The notes beneath the pieces are model-generated. The model saw only the letters and a list, made by a program, of their open reading frames with translations. It did not search any database and was not told where the DNA came from. Below, piece after piece: positions 48,767 through 59,320 of a stretch of DNA of 64,000 bases. Source of the DNA: a virus; the IMG/VR virus record IMGVR_UViG_3300024054_000269, positions 118,303 to 182,302 of that record. One strand, given 5' to 3'. Numbering within the stretch: the stretch's first letter is position 1; every line of letters starts with the position of its first letter. The position numbers and the translations under genes are program-made.

Positions 48767-49477
48767 CTAACCCTCAAATTTAAGGGCTGGTTGACTCCTA
48801 GTTACAGCTTGATCGAGGATGGAACGAAGTCCGTCAGAAACCCTCTTCACTTCCTGCTCGTAATTCTTCGTAGTCTTAATGCTTACTTTCTCTTCGAAGA
48901 GCTGGTTCATGGCATCTTCGACATCAGACTCGTCCATGCCGGCCTCGACTAGAAGACCACGGAAAAGTTCGGCACAGTTCGGTCGAAGAACCTTTTCACG
49001 CTCTTCCTCAAAAAGACGATCAAAGCTGTCGCCAAGATCGCCACGGATCTGTTCAATTGTTTCTTTTCTAACTGAATATTTATTTGTAACAACACATTGA
49101 ACGAAATGGCGCTCTTTCTCGCCATTCGGAGTATCAATTTCGTAAGGGATTGCAACAGTGGTGTCGTTGCACTTGAACGTGTCGTTCCAGATCAAACGTT
49201 TCTTTGATCCGTAATCACGAACCTGAGCCTGGACGATTTCGAATTTGGATTTTGCCTGCTCCATTTCTTGGTGCAACTCAGCAGCCCTCTTAGCCGTCTC
49301 ACAGAATTCAACGTCTAACCCAAGTTGAACGGTCGTACGGACACGCTTCGCACCCTTGATGGCAACGTCGTTTACAGTTGTTGCAAACTCTGACTCAGAA
49401 GAAACTTTCTCCTTCTTCGTCATTGCCTTCAGAGCTGAAAGCGCAGAACCCTTCTTGACCACTGCATCTTCTGACAT
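48767..49477 (-). CDS. Hypothetical coiled-coil protein, GC-richer, strong SD
   Basis: AAGGAG upstream of ATG 49477; 34/60 GC in line 48901. Confidence 0.75.
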   Translation of the reverse strand: MSEDAVVKKGSALSALKAMTKKEKVSSESEFATTVNDVAIKGAKRVRTTVQLGLDVEFCETAKRAAELHQEMEQAKSKFEIVQAQVRDYGSKKRLIWNDTFKCNDTTVAIPYEIDTPNGEKERHFVQCVVTNKYSVRKETIEQIRGDLGDSFDRLFEEEREKVLRPNCAELFRGLLVEAGMDESDVEDAMNQLFEEKVSIKTTKNYEQEVKRVSDGLRSILDQAVTRSQPALKFEG

Positions 49478-49594
49478 TTTATATCTCCTTGTGGAATTGA
49501 ATACTAAATTTGACAACTGATTTACGGACTTTATATTTTACATTTAAATTAAAACTGTCCATCAACTACACTTAACAATTGTTCTGTCTGTTCA

Positions 49595-50302
49595 TCACAT
49601 AAAAATCATATTACCAGATTTGTGAACTACAAAATCATCACCTAACATTTTTTTCCATTCATCTGCATTAGTCTTAAAATTTCCAAACGTAGAACAATTA
49701 TTTGCTGCATATTCACACAATTCGTCTAATGTAGAAAAAACCGGTGAAATTGGTGAACCTTCACTAGTTGTTTCCCAAAGTTGGAATCCGTCTCCAGTTG
49801 GCGGTTCAGTTCTTTCCCAAGATTCATATTGAGCTTTAATTTCTGATGATGGCCAAATACAACCTTCTTCGTCACAATATTGGCAATTACCATAAACGCC
49901 AAGTCTTTTAGCACGAGTTTCTATAAGAATCCATCTGTTAACTGCGTCATGACCATCAAAACTGGGTTTTTTATTAAGTTCATTGACCTGTTCAGCAGAA
50001 ACAAACGGCTGAGGTTCAATTTTCACCCAACCTTTGCCATTTACAAAATTGTGTGTGAATTGATGAAGTCGTCCATTAGCAATTAAAGCGTCAACCTCAT
50101 CTTGAGTAATTTTGTCACACCACCGATTGCCAGTCCAACCATAAAAATCATCTGAAATTTGTTTTGTTTCTTTATTCAAGTGCGTTCCGTCGCAATATGG
50201 GCATTTAACACACTGTTTGTAAAATGGATTAAGATAGCCTCCCCAAATCTTGTTTAGCGGCCAATTAAAATTTAATGGCACTCTCATTAATTTTCGTCCC
50301 AT
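49595..50302 (-). CDS. Conserved phage hypothetical protein
   Basis: MGRKLMRVPL..; TEPPTGDGFQLWETTSEGSPISPVF; TG TAAGAT TTACC ATG sets the start. Confidence 0.7.
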   Translation of the reverse strand: MGRKLMRVPLNFNWPLNKIWGGYLNPFYKQCVKCPYCDGTHLNKETKQISDDFYGWTGNRWCDKITQDEVDALIANGRLHQFTHNFVNGKGWVKIEPQPFVSAEQVNELNKKPSFDGHDAVNRWILIETRAKRLGVYGNCQYCDEEGCIWPSSEIKAQYESWERTEPPTGDGFQLWETTSEGSPISPVFSTLDELCEYAANNCSTFGNFKTNADEWKKMLGDDFVVHKSGNMIFM

Positions 50303-50784
50303 GGTAAATCTTACAATGGTTAATAATGTATTTACGATTTGGCATGTAACGAAACGTGTTTTTCGTATCCTAAAAAATATGAGTGAACTAAAAAGCGTAT
50401 CAATCTGGGTTTTAGAACTTTCTACTAATGACCTCCGGCTTGTTCTTTCCGCTCTTGGTGGAAGACTAAAACCAGAACGTGTAGAAGAAGCCAAGCTTTT
50501 AGGCGATAAATTAACTAAAGACCGAGTAAAAAATCTGCAACAACATATTGACCAGTTGCAGAAAGCCTTGGATAGTAAATAATCAAGACTTCACGACAAA
50601 CGCAGTATTAAACTCTTCTTCTTTAATAAGAACTAACAAATCAATCGGATAAAATCTTTTTGTGCCATCAACTAAATCAATCATAACAGCATGTCTGTAA
50701 ACTGGACCAGCGATTCGACCGTATAAAATTTCAGACTCAAATTGAATTGATACGGGGTCGCCAATATTAAGAGACGGAATAACT

Positions 50785-51201
50785 TCACGCATTGACGACA
50801 TCTTCAGACACCAATTCGTCGTGTTCTGTTTTTATCTGTCTGTGAAGTTTATTAATTGCACAAATTGCCCATTTTCTTATTTTTCTAATGCGACCTTTAT
50901 TGAAGTTTTTTTCAAAAAATTTCTTGTCAGTTTGTGTTACGGAAAAATTTTTGTGGACAAAACATTGAGCAATTCTAACAAAAATATGTTCGTCATAAAC
51001 TACGAAGCGAATTTTGATTTTATCAACACTATGAACAAATTTACTAAGCTCAGCAACAAATTCAACTTTCTCGTTCTCGTTATCGTTCTCGCTCTTCCTT
51101 ATTAAAACAACATTAAAACCATATTTAGGGCGGTCCAATACTTGTACAACACTTTTTATAAGTGAATCTGCCCAAATCCTATTTTGGTCTACGTATTGCA
51201 T
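50785..51201 (-). CDS. Hypothetical protein with C-terminal tag
   Basis: Ends VSEDVVNA*. Confidence 0.6.
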   Translation of the reverse strand: MQYVDQNRIWADSLIKSVVQVLDRPKYGFNVVLIRKSENDNENEKVEFVAELSKFVHSVDKIKIRFVVYDEHIFVRIAQCFVHKNFSVTQTDKKFFEKNFNKGRIRKIRKWAICAINKLHRQIKTEHDELVSEDVVNA

Positions 51202-51403
51202 TTTAGTGCTGCCATTATTTATTTAGGTTTGCCGGGTCTTTTCACGTGCCCCATCGCAGCTTCAGACACGAGGACTAACACGACAGAGAGAGATAATTTT
51301 CCCGCATACCAATCGGCAGGGTCACCTCTTTCATATCATATTACACACAAACAGTTAGAATTTTCGGATCGTAAATCAAATTAATTAATATGTATATAGA
51401 AAC

Positions 51404-52351
51404 ATGAATGAAGTTGAGTTTGACAAAGCTCTCCGACCTAAGATGTTGGTTGATTTCACCGGCCAGCCGAAATTGGTTGAGAGTCTAAAAATTTCAGTCG
51501 CGGCGGCAAAACACCGTGGTGACCCACTTGATCATATCTTGTGCGTGGGTCAACCGGGCCTCGGAAAGACAAGTTTGGCAAACATTTTGGCTAACGAGAT
51601 GGGATCAAAGATTATCGTTGTAAACGCGCCATCTATTAAGACCAAAGGTGAACTTGCCGGCGTTCTTACCAGACTCGAAGAAGGTGATATTCTGTTCATC
51701 GACGAAATTCACAGGCTTAGCCCGGTCGTCGAAGAAATTTTGTATCCAGTCATGGAAGATTTCAAACTCGAAGTCATTGTTGGCAAAGGTGTTAACGCAG
51801 AAGCCGTAGTCATGAAACTTCCGAGTTTCACTTTGATTGGTGCAACCACTTTGGCTGGTATGTTGACCAAGCCACTCTTGGACAGGTTTGGAGAAATCTG
51901 CGAATTCGAGCCATATTCAGCCGAAGATTTGTCTTCAATCGTGCTGCGTTCAGCCAAACTTATGGGTTTAGAATTTGATTCAGTTGCGGCAAACGTCTTG
52001 GCACACAGGTCGAAGGGCACCCCAAGAATCGCAAATCGGATCTTGCGTCGAGTTCGCGACCACGTTCAGTTTAACAAATCGAACTTCGTCGATGTAAACG
52101 CGGTCAAGGCTACCTGTGACCGTTTGGGCATTGACCATCTTGGTCTCGATAAGACAAGCCGTAAATTGCTCTCGGTGTTAGTCGAGAAAGCCAGACCGAT
52201 TGGTCTTGATTTGCTTGCATCCACACTCGGCGAATCAAAGGCGACCATCGAAGAAATCTGTGAGCCATATTTGATTCGAAACGGATTTATTGAACGCACT
52301 ACCCAAGGTCGAATTGCGACCAAGAAAGCCAAAGATTACGTCAAAGTGTAA
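51404..52351 (+). CDS. ruvB: Holliday junction branch migration ATPase RuvB
   Basis: LRPKML, Walker A GQPGLGKT, Walker B ILFIDEIHRL, GATT, DRFG, GTPRIANR, EPYL. Confidence 0.96.
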   Translation: MNEVEFDKALRPKMLVDFTGQPKLVESLKISVAAAKHRGDPLDHILCVGQPGLGKTSLANILANEMGSKIIVVNAPSIKTKGELAGVLTRLEEGDILFIDEIHRLSPVVEEILYPVMEDFKLEVIVGKGVNAEAVVMKLPSFTLIGATTLAGMLTKPLLDRFGEICEFEPYSAEDLSSIVLRSAKLMGLEFDSVAANVLAHRSKGTPRIANRILRRVRDHVQFNKSNFVDVNAVKATCDRLGIDHLGLDKTSRKLLSVLVEKARPIGLDLLASTLGESKATIEEICEPYLIRNGFIERTTQGRIATKKAKDYVKV

Positions 52352-52359
52352 AATCTGAT

Positions 52360-52638
52360 ATGTTTTCACGACCTTTAAACGTATGGCCAATTTCATACAG
52401 TTTGTTAATAGGAATATTTGTTGGTTTAACGATTGGATTCAGTCTTTGGAGGCCGTCAAAGACGTCAGATCAATATAAAGGGTTTGTTGACAATTGGAAA
52501 AAAGAATACCAGAACGAATGTTCTTGCGAAATGACTCAAACCTGCCCATTCGGACCAGGAATTGTTGGTGAACAAAAATGCCTAACGTCAACAAATTACG
52601 CAAATCGCTGGAGCAGGTGTGAACCAAAACAAAAATGA
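52360..52638 (+). CDS. Membrane-anchored Cys-rich protein
   Basis: N-terminal TM, CSC..C..G...C...WSRC. Confidence 0.55.
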   Translation: MFSRPLNVWPISYSLLIGIFVGLTIGFSLWRPSKTSDQYKGFVDNWKKEYQNECSCEMTQTCPFGPGIVGEQKCLTSTNYANRWSRCEPKQK

Positions 52639-53187
52639 AAACAATGCTTTAATAATTGCCGTTATGGCAATTATAGTTATTATCTTGTTATGTCTAATGA
52701 TTGTTCCTGGTTTAATCGCAAGCTCATTACCTCATACACCACCATCGAGCATAGCAACTTGCAAAGAAGAATACCCAACTCATATCGAGCTTTCTGGTGA
52801 TGAATGGCTAGATGAACCTGTAAACGGAGCACAATGTTTTCATGTGTGGCCAACTGTTCACTACTGCAAATCTAATGGATTACATTTTATTAGATTTGCA
52901 GTATGCACTTGCATTTAATGATCACCCGTATTGTTCGGAATTTTTTCTAGCTTCCACACAATCGATTGCATCATCTGAATTGCTGTGACCATTTTCGCAT
53001 GAACACATTGGCCACACATTACCATCGTTTTGTACTACAAGACGCCATCTTCCAGATGGCTTCCCATCATGATCTATGATTTCTTTTGGTTGAATTAACC
53101 ACACCATGCCAATAGCATATGATTAGGATTCTAGAATGTCAAAGGTTTTAATTTCGTCAGCTGATAATTAAAGACTTTCCCAACTGA

Positions 53188-53469
53188 TTAGTCATTTATG
53201 ACTTGGTAAACCTTCCATTCATCATAACTATAAACTCTAATGTTTTCAACATTCAAAGCTCCGACTTGGAATCTTGGGAAACATTCTCTACATAGTGCTA
53301 CATAAATGCTTTTAGTTTCATCATTTATACCATTTAACTGAACATTTATACCATTTAACTGAATCAATTTTGTGTGAATATCATATGAGAAAAACACAGA
53401 TGCCATATCATTACATGGCGGGTTTACGGCCTCACATTTTTCAATAAAATTTAAACATTGCTGTTTCAT
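53188..53469 (-). CDS. Hypothetical protein, near-match tag, 21-bp tandem duplication at 53322-53363
   Basis: Ends VYQVIND*; catttataccatttaactgaa x2. Confidence 0.55.
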   Translation of the reverse strand: MKQQCLNFIEKCEAVNPPCNDMASVFFSYDIHTKLIQLNGINVQLNGINDETKSIYVALCRECFPRFQVGALNVENIRVYSYDEWKVYQVIND

Positions 53470-53708
53470 TTGTCCGAAATCGTTCGGTTTCTATTCATCG
53501 TCAAATTTGAAAACTTCATCGATTGAGTTCATGATTGCATCAATCTGACACTCAAAAATATAATCTTTTGGTGGATTGTTTCCGTGCTTATGGGCTCGAC
53601 CATACCCGTATTCTAAACCTTCTTCAATCGCACGCTTTAAAACTGCATATGAATTGACTTTCATATGTTTTTGCAAAATTTGGATTTTCTTGTTCTTAAC
53701 TATTTTTT

Positions 53709-54647
53709 TCATAAATCAACAACTTTTGTGTTTTGCGACTTTTCATATTTATTTAGTATATTTTGGAATAAATAAAATGGGTGCGGATCGATAGGACTGA
53801 TTGTTATACCAAAACCAGCTGCCTTAGTATGCCCACCACCACCTAGTGACTTGCAAAATTCAGCACAATTGAATTCAGCACGTGATCTTGTCGAATAAAT
53901 TACCTTAATTTTTTCATCTTCAACAAAAGTGTTGAAACCAACAACCAAATCAGCTTCATTGCCGATAATTTCAGAAGAATCGCTTGACGCTTTAGTCCCT
54001 TCAAAAATAATAACCTTAGTTCCACTATTGGAAATGAATCTATACGAACCTTCAACACATTGTTTTGCCCAATCTATTTTCCTTTTAAATAAGATTTTTC
54101 CAAGCGATAATTTTTCTGACCATTCTAAGGGGTTTAGCCCGATAAGTTCGTCTTCTGGCCAAAAAACAAGTGCCTCAGATTGGTAACATGCCTCATTCCA
54201 GTCCGGACTATTCTTTTGCCATGTATCTCTAATTCCGGCCAACCTGGCAAAATTTTCGACCGTCTTAACTATTTCAGCATGGTTATGGTTCTTAAGTGGT
54301 AACCAAACATGTCTGTAAGCTAAAACAGCTCCACACACCCCAGGATCGTTAGTCTCGTCACCAAATGCTCCGTTAGCTCCGAAGGCATCTACAACAGCCT
54401 TTGCTGTCTTATGGTGGTCCAATATTAGTGCGCCTACTGAGATGAATTCCGATACCCTTTCCTGCGGCGGAGAAAAGTCACAAAACAACATCCCAGGCTC
54501 GGCCAATAAATTCAGATATTCAGAAATGCCATATTGAAGAAATGTTACTTTAGCTGAAGGTAATACATCCTTCAGAATCATGGCACTGGCAACGCCATCG
54601 GCGCACTTCGCATGAGTTACTATATGTCTTATATTAGTCAGATCCAT
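53709..54647 (-). CDS. DHH/DHHA1 phosphoesterase
   Basis: THAKCADG, FCDFS, LDHH, GGGGHTKAAGF. Confidence 0.88.
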   Translation of the reverse strand: MDLTNIRHIVTHAKCADGVASAMILKDVLPSAKVTFLQYGISEYLNLLAEPGMLFCDFSPPQERVSEFISVGALILDHHKTAKAVVDAFGANGAFGDETNDPGVCGAVLAYRHVWLPLKNHNHAEIVKTVENFARLAGIRDTWQKNSPDWNEACYQSEALVFWPEDELIGLNPLEWSEKLSLGKILFKRKIDWAKQCVEGSYRFISNSGTKVIIFEGTKASSDSSEIIGNEADLVVGFNTFVEDEKIKVIYSTRSRAEFNCAEFCKSLGGGGHTKAAGFGITISPIDPHPFYLFQNILNKYEKSQNTKVVDL

Positions 54648-55290
54648 TTTTTGTCCAATTATCTGTTAGCCATTTGTTCAAACGGTTTATGAATTCTTTA
54701 CCTTGTTTTTCGGTCTTAAAAGTTACGTAAATGCAAGAATGTTCTGAATCAGCTGAATCTTTTTTACTAAAGATATTTGCCTTGCTTAGTATTTTAAACA
54801 CATCATGATTATTGTACCCGGAGAAAATCGGAAAGCATGTTTCAACAAAATGGCATTGAAAATGCCAAGACCCGTCTTCTTCGTCTTCGCTTAGATAATC
54901 GTCATCGAACTGAAAGCACGGTCTACTATCTGGCTTTCCGATTCTAAGCCATTCATCGTATAAATTATAAATTTGTGAGTGTTGTCCCCAATCTAAAACT
55001 TTCGATAAGTCAACATTATGCATAAAACTCATGAATTTTTCTGCATCGTCAGCAGAATCAAACATCGGCCCAAATGCAAAACCGGTCACTGAGTCGTAAA
55101 ACACAGCGCCAGGCTTGTCACATTCGTTTACCTTAACCCCGTCCAGGATTCGTGTTCCCATGAAATTTGGTATTTCTGCCTGGACAGAATTTACAACTGA
55201 AATATTAAAAAGCCTTAATGACTCCAGTAACAAGTTTTTCGACTGGAAACCCTTCCCAATAATCTGGAAGCCCATCGAGGGCTGCCTCAT
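54634..55290 (-). CDS. Hypothetical protein
   Basis: 218-aa ORF; start uncertain. Confidence 0.55.
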   Translation of the reverse strand: MRQPSMGFQIIGKGFQSKNLLLESLRLFNISVVNSVQAEIPNFMGTRILDGVKVNECDKPGAVFYDSVTGFAFGPMFDSADDAEKFMSFMHNVDLSKVLDWGQHSQIYNLYDEWLRIGKPDSRPCFQFDDDYLSEDEEDGSWHFQCHFVETCFPIFSGYNNHDVFKILSKANIFSKKDSADSEHSCIYVTFKTEKQGKEFINRLNKWLTDNWTKNGSD

Positions 55291-55407
55291 CGACAGCCCT
55301 CACAGCAATAGCCAATTCACCATTCACACGGGTTATACCTATTCCAGTGCAACCTTGAAACTTCGGGTAACTATCTCTTGCTGATAATATCTTTTCATCT
55401 ATGTCCA

Positions 55408-55920
55408 TTAGATTTGTGGCTCCCCATCCTTGAAAATGGATTCGTATTTAGATTTTCCTAACCAAACAATTGCGCCTGTTCCAGTAAACTTACCAGGTCC
55501 ACGAGACATTCTGACTTGAGAAGACTGGGTATCTGATTCTGGGTTTTGAGAAGTTAGTTTAGACAATCTCTTTGCATGTTTTCTAGCTGAAACCCTAGAG
55601 ATACCTAGAGATTTTGCTAATTGAGTTATTGTAAAAGCAATATTTTCATGTTTCTGAAGTAATTCAACCATGCGGTCGCCAGAATGCGGACCGAATGTTG
55701 GGTCAGTTGGTTTCTTTGGTTTTTGGTTCGGCTTCTGTTCTGACTTCGATTCAGGGTTTGATTTTGTTATTATTTGTGGGGTCTCTTGTTCCATTTGAGC
55801 TTGTTCTTTGGAGACCGGCTGAACATCAGCTTGGTTATCATTTGACTTTTGTTGGCGTTTCTCTGACTTGCTGATTTTGCTCATTTGGACGACCTGTTTT
55901 GATTGTGCATGAGGCTGCAT
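55408..55920 (-). CDS. HTH protein with Q/S/K-rich N-terminus
   Basis: FTITQLAKSLGISRVSARKHAKRL. Confidence 0.6.
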   Translation of the reverse strand: MQPHAQSKQVVQMSKISKSEKRQQKSNDNQADVQPVSKEQAQMEQETPQIITKSNPESKSEQKPNQKPKKPTDPTFGPHSGDRMVELLQKHENIAFTITQLAKSLGISRVSARKHAKRLSKLTSQNPESDTQSSQVRMSRGPGKFTGTGAIVWLGKSKYESIFKDGEPQI

Positions 55921-56435
55921 TTCCAGACCTTACCCTTCATCAATTTCCGTCACGATTCTGTCATCAATCTGATTCTTCACTTAAGGTTATTTATCAAACC
56001 TACACTGAACGAACGAAATTTGAATGAACGTTCATAACTGAAATTATTTTCAATATTGTAAAAATCATTAAAGGTTTAACCTGAATTGAAAGTTTCAATT
56101 GTTTTGATACACCAAAAAAGCCTTCAGAAAACTTTAGAAAAACAACAGAAAGTTTCTGTTGTTTAATTTTGAATTTTCTAATAAACTTTAACATTTCTAC
56201 ACTGAACATTTTTGATGTCATTTTTGGTTTAATTATGGATATCATTTGTGTTTTAAATATATAAAAAACTATTCCCGTTAGTGTTAAAGAAAACACAAAC
56301 AAAGACTCCCCTTTATCTAATCAAAACTACACAGGCAAAGATTTGTTGAATAATCCGTCTTTATAGCCTTTGAGAGAAGCTTTTTGATAAATTTGAAAGA
56401 TTTCATGTGGCGCATGAATAACGCTGAAATTATAA

Positions 56436-56501
56436 AAATCTGTGGACAACCTGTGGATGAAAGAAATCTGTGGACGACCTGTGGACGAAACCTGTGGACG
56501 G
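56436..56501. repeat. Five CTGTGGA(C/T) DnaA-box-like direct repeats; candidate replication origin
   Basis: TGTGGACAA 56441, TGTGGATGA 56452, TGTGGACGA 56469, TGTGGACGA 56480, TGTGGACGG 56493 (DnaA box = TGTGGATAA). Confidence 0.65.
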
Positions 56502-56576
56502 TTTGTGTTTAAGCTTTGGTTCGTATTTTTTTCTGAAAGTCTGCTGATAATTCAAAGACCGAAAACTAGGTGAATT

Positions 56577-56750
56577 ATGGACGAATTTGAAACAATTGCT
56601 AACAACGCCATAGCAGAAGCTGAGTTGATAAACATTCCATACGATCAATATAAAACTTTCTTTGATGGTATGAGAAAGATACGAGATTTGATTCAACAAC
56701 GACTTGAAGAAGCAGAAGCAGAAATAATATCTAGAGGACAGTTATTGTGA
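56577..56750 (+). CDS. Small protein (57 aa, not in track)
   Basis: MDEFETIANNAIAEAELINIPYDQY...; SD-like AGGTG. Confidence 0.5.
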   Translation: MDEFETIANNAIAEAELINIPYDQYKTFFDGMRKIRDLIQQRLEEAEAEIISRGQLL

Positions 56751-56795
56751 TGTTTATATGAAAATCGTTATTCTCCAAAAGTACGTTATTATGTA

Positions 56796-57080
56796 ATGAA
56801 TGAAATAATTAGATGTAAACAATTGCATAAAGCACTAACAAAAGTATTATCACATGCTTACAGAAATGACCTTGTTGGATTCCCAGAAAACCCAACAAAG
56901 AATTCCATATTAAAGTGGATTAAAAATTACCAAGCACTCAATTATAACCTATATTATACAAGTCAATTGAATTTTGATTTGTATAACTTGAAAGGTTTGC
57001 TTAAAAAATCGGGCGTGACAGACAAAGTCGTTAGAATGGCATATGGGTTAATTCTTTCAGAAGACGTGGTTAACGGATGA
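56796..57080 (+). CDS. Hypothetical protein with C-terminal tag
   Basis: Ends LSEDVVNG*. Confidence 0.6.
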   Translation: MNEIIRCKQLHKALTKVLSHAYRNDLVGFPENPTKNSILKWIKNYQALNYNLYYTSQLNFDLYNLKGLLKKSGVTDKVVRMAYGLILSEDVVNG

Positions 57081-57382
57081 ACAAACTCCATATTTCTAAA
57101 TTCCACAATAAATTATTTAGAGTCTACGAATATACGGTTAAAGAAAACCGATCAAGAAATTTAAGCAATCAATTATCAATCCCTACAAAACTGTTAACCG
57201 AGGATGATGTTAGAAGTTGGGTGAAATACATTCAACATAATATTCCTAAGACATATTACTCAGATTTACATGGATCAATATATGAACTATTGAAATTTTT
57301 GGAAAAGTTTGATACTGACGTGTGCGACGAGGCAGTAAGACAAGCATGGGACTTAGTCATAACTGAAGAAATTGAATCATGA
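57077..57382 (+). CDS. Paralog of 56796, near-match tag
   Basis: Both have VR.A(Y/W).L(I/V); ends ITEEIES*. Confidence 0.6.
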   Translation: MNKLHISKFHNKLFRVYEYTVKENRSRNLSNQLSIPTKLLTEDDVRSWVKYIQHNIPKTYYSDLHGSIYELLKFLEKFDTDVCDEAVRQAWDLVITEEIES

Positions 57383-57591
57383 TTTCGGCGGAAACTTTGC
57401 CTCCAAACGTTTTAAATGTATCCTAAAGTCAAAGATTTGTCTCGTTTCCTGTTCATGTACTTCAATGAATTTCACGTATTAATTGAACAAGATCTTCAAA
57501 TTCTTGGCGAGATAAAATTACGAATTCGCCGGTTGATTTATCATGCGATTTTGTTGTCATACTAATATTAGACAACATAAAATTCATGAAA

Positions 57592-57604
57592 TGTAATTTC
57601 AATT
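57592..57604 (+). promoter_or_regulatory. TG-TANNNT leaderless-type promoter
   Basis: TGTAATTTCAATT ATG; identical 13-mer at 58221-58209 on the minus strand. Confidence 0.65.
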
Positions 57605-58897
57605 ATGAGCACGAACAGCACACGAGCATTTCTTACAGATCAAAATGGAATGATGTGTGACGAACTTACCAGAATCTTGGCGCATGAAGTTGAAGAATTG
57701 GAAAAACAGGTCGAAAAATTGAAAACCGCGTTGAAAGAAGCTATAGAATTTGCAGACGAAGGTTGGTCCTATGCAGATGATTATTTTAAGAAAAAATGGG
57801 GTTATGAAGAAACCAAAGAAAAACTGAAAATAACTCTTAATACTTGAGGAATTCACTAAGTAATATCATACTCTTACCACACCAAGGACACTTTGGCGCG
57901 AGTGACTTCATAGGTATTGATTTAGAGTAATTCGGGTTCTTTACGGCCGGCACCAAAGCTGATTCCAAGCCTATCCATACAATTTGGTCTTTTTTTGAAA
58001 TTTCAACCCCAATTCGTTTGCTGTGTCTTTCACGACAAGTTTTTGTACACGTAAACGGCCACAAATTAAACATATGAATTAGATAATGTTCTCTGCACCA
58101 AATCTTGTAAATCTTTTTGCCTCTCCCAAAAGATGTGCCTTTGTGTTCATAAAACCAACCTTTTAAATAAGCATCACTTTCACATATTGCACATTTTTGG
58201 TTTTTCATAATTGAAATTACAATAAACTTATGGCGTAAAGTGTAATTATGTTAATAGAACTACGTAAAGTGATAAACGAAATGAAAAATAATAAGATTAA
58301 ACCAAAAAACATTGATGAATTCATTACGACAACGGTTGCAACAGCTGATTTTTATAACGCTGTCGGGCAAAGAATTGTAAGCAAACTGATAAAACCGCCG
58401 GATGGTGATTGGGAATTGGTGTCAACAGCTGCAACTGAGAGTGCTGTCTTCTATACATGGAAGAAATCAAAATGAATTCCTTATCAAACGAAGACAAGAA
58501 GTTTTTGTGTGATTTAGACAATGAAATTTGGAGGAAAATCAAAGACCGCATAGGACGAACGCACGCATTTCCAACAAGAAAATTTAAGAAAGCAGAAAAT
58601 CAAGAATTATTAAGTTGATAAAAGAACATAGTTTGCCATGCATTTTAAGAAGCGGACCTTACGGTGAATTGTCATTTGACGTGTACAATCACGCAGAATT
58701 TCCAGGAATTCAGCCTGAACGGCTAGCTTCATTCCATGAAGAACATTTTAATTTGAGAGGAACATTCAAAGGATGGGACGAAAAATTCAAGTTTGTGTGT
58801 GAAATTCGACACAACGAAAAGAACCGAAAAGTCCTAGAATTTTATAAGCTACCAAAACCTAGATCAGCATACGATTATAGTTATTGAGATTTTTGAT

Positions 58898-59074
58898 TCA
58901 TGACTCAAGCACATCTTCAGTTTTGTTATCATTTAGTCTTTTAACATGACCTTCGCGACCTGAATAACCTTGTGCACAGAGCCAACAAACTTTCAACCCA
59001 TCTATAATTTTCCAACCAACACGTCGTTTGCCACGCACATAATTTTCCGGCATCCACTTCGAAGTTTCTTGCAT
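58898..59074 (-). CDS. Small CxxC protein with C-terminal tag (58 aa, not in track)
   Basis: MQETSKWMPENY...CWLC...NKTEDVLES*. Confidence 0.6.
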   Translation of the reverse strand: MQETSKWMPENYVRGKRRVGWKIIDGLKVCWLCAQGYSGREGHVKRLNDNKTEDVLES

Positions 59075-59320
59075 TTTGGACAGCGTTTATGACGCGATTT
59101 CATACTGTAGTGTAATTTACATCATGATTGACATACAAGGGTATATTAAATGTCCGTGTACAACACAGGTTTTCAACATGGGTGAACCAGCCCCTGACTG
59201 TCATGCATGTCATGGAACAGGTCACTGTAAAAAAGAAAAACAAAGTGAGGCAGATGCGCCTTTTAAAGAATGGCCTGACAAGAACGATCAATAGTTGTGC
59301 TGAACAGATTGAAACTGATT

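Noticed and set aside
51202-51290. tmRNA-like resume context
   Set aside because: No tRNA-like ends and no tag ending in ALAA.
965-52351. Stop-codon reassignment, inteins or introns in core genes
   Set aside because: polA, sigma, UDG and ruvB are intact and of normal domain length under code 11; no intein or intron motifs seen.
56000-56302. 100-aa minus ORF next to the candidate origin
   Set aside because: K/F/I-biased composition typical of AT-rich non-coding DNA; no start signal.
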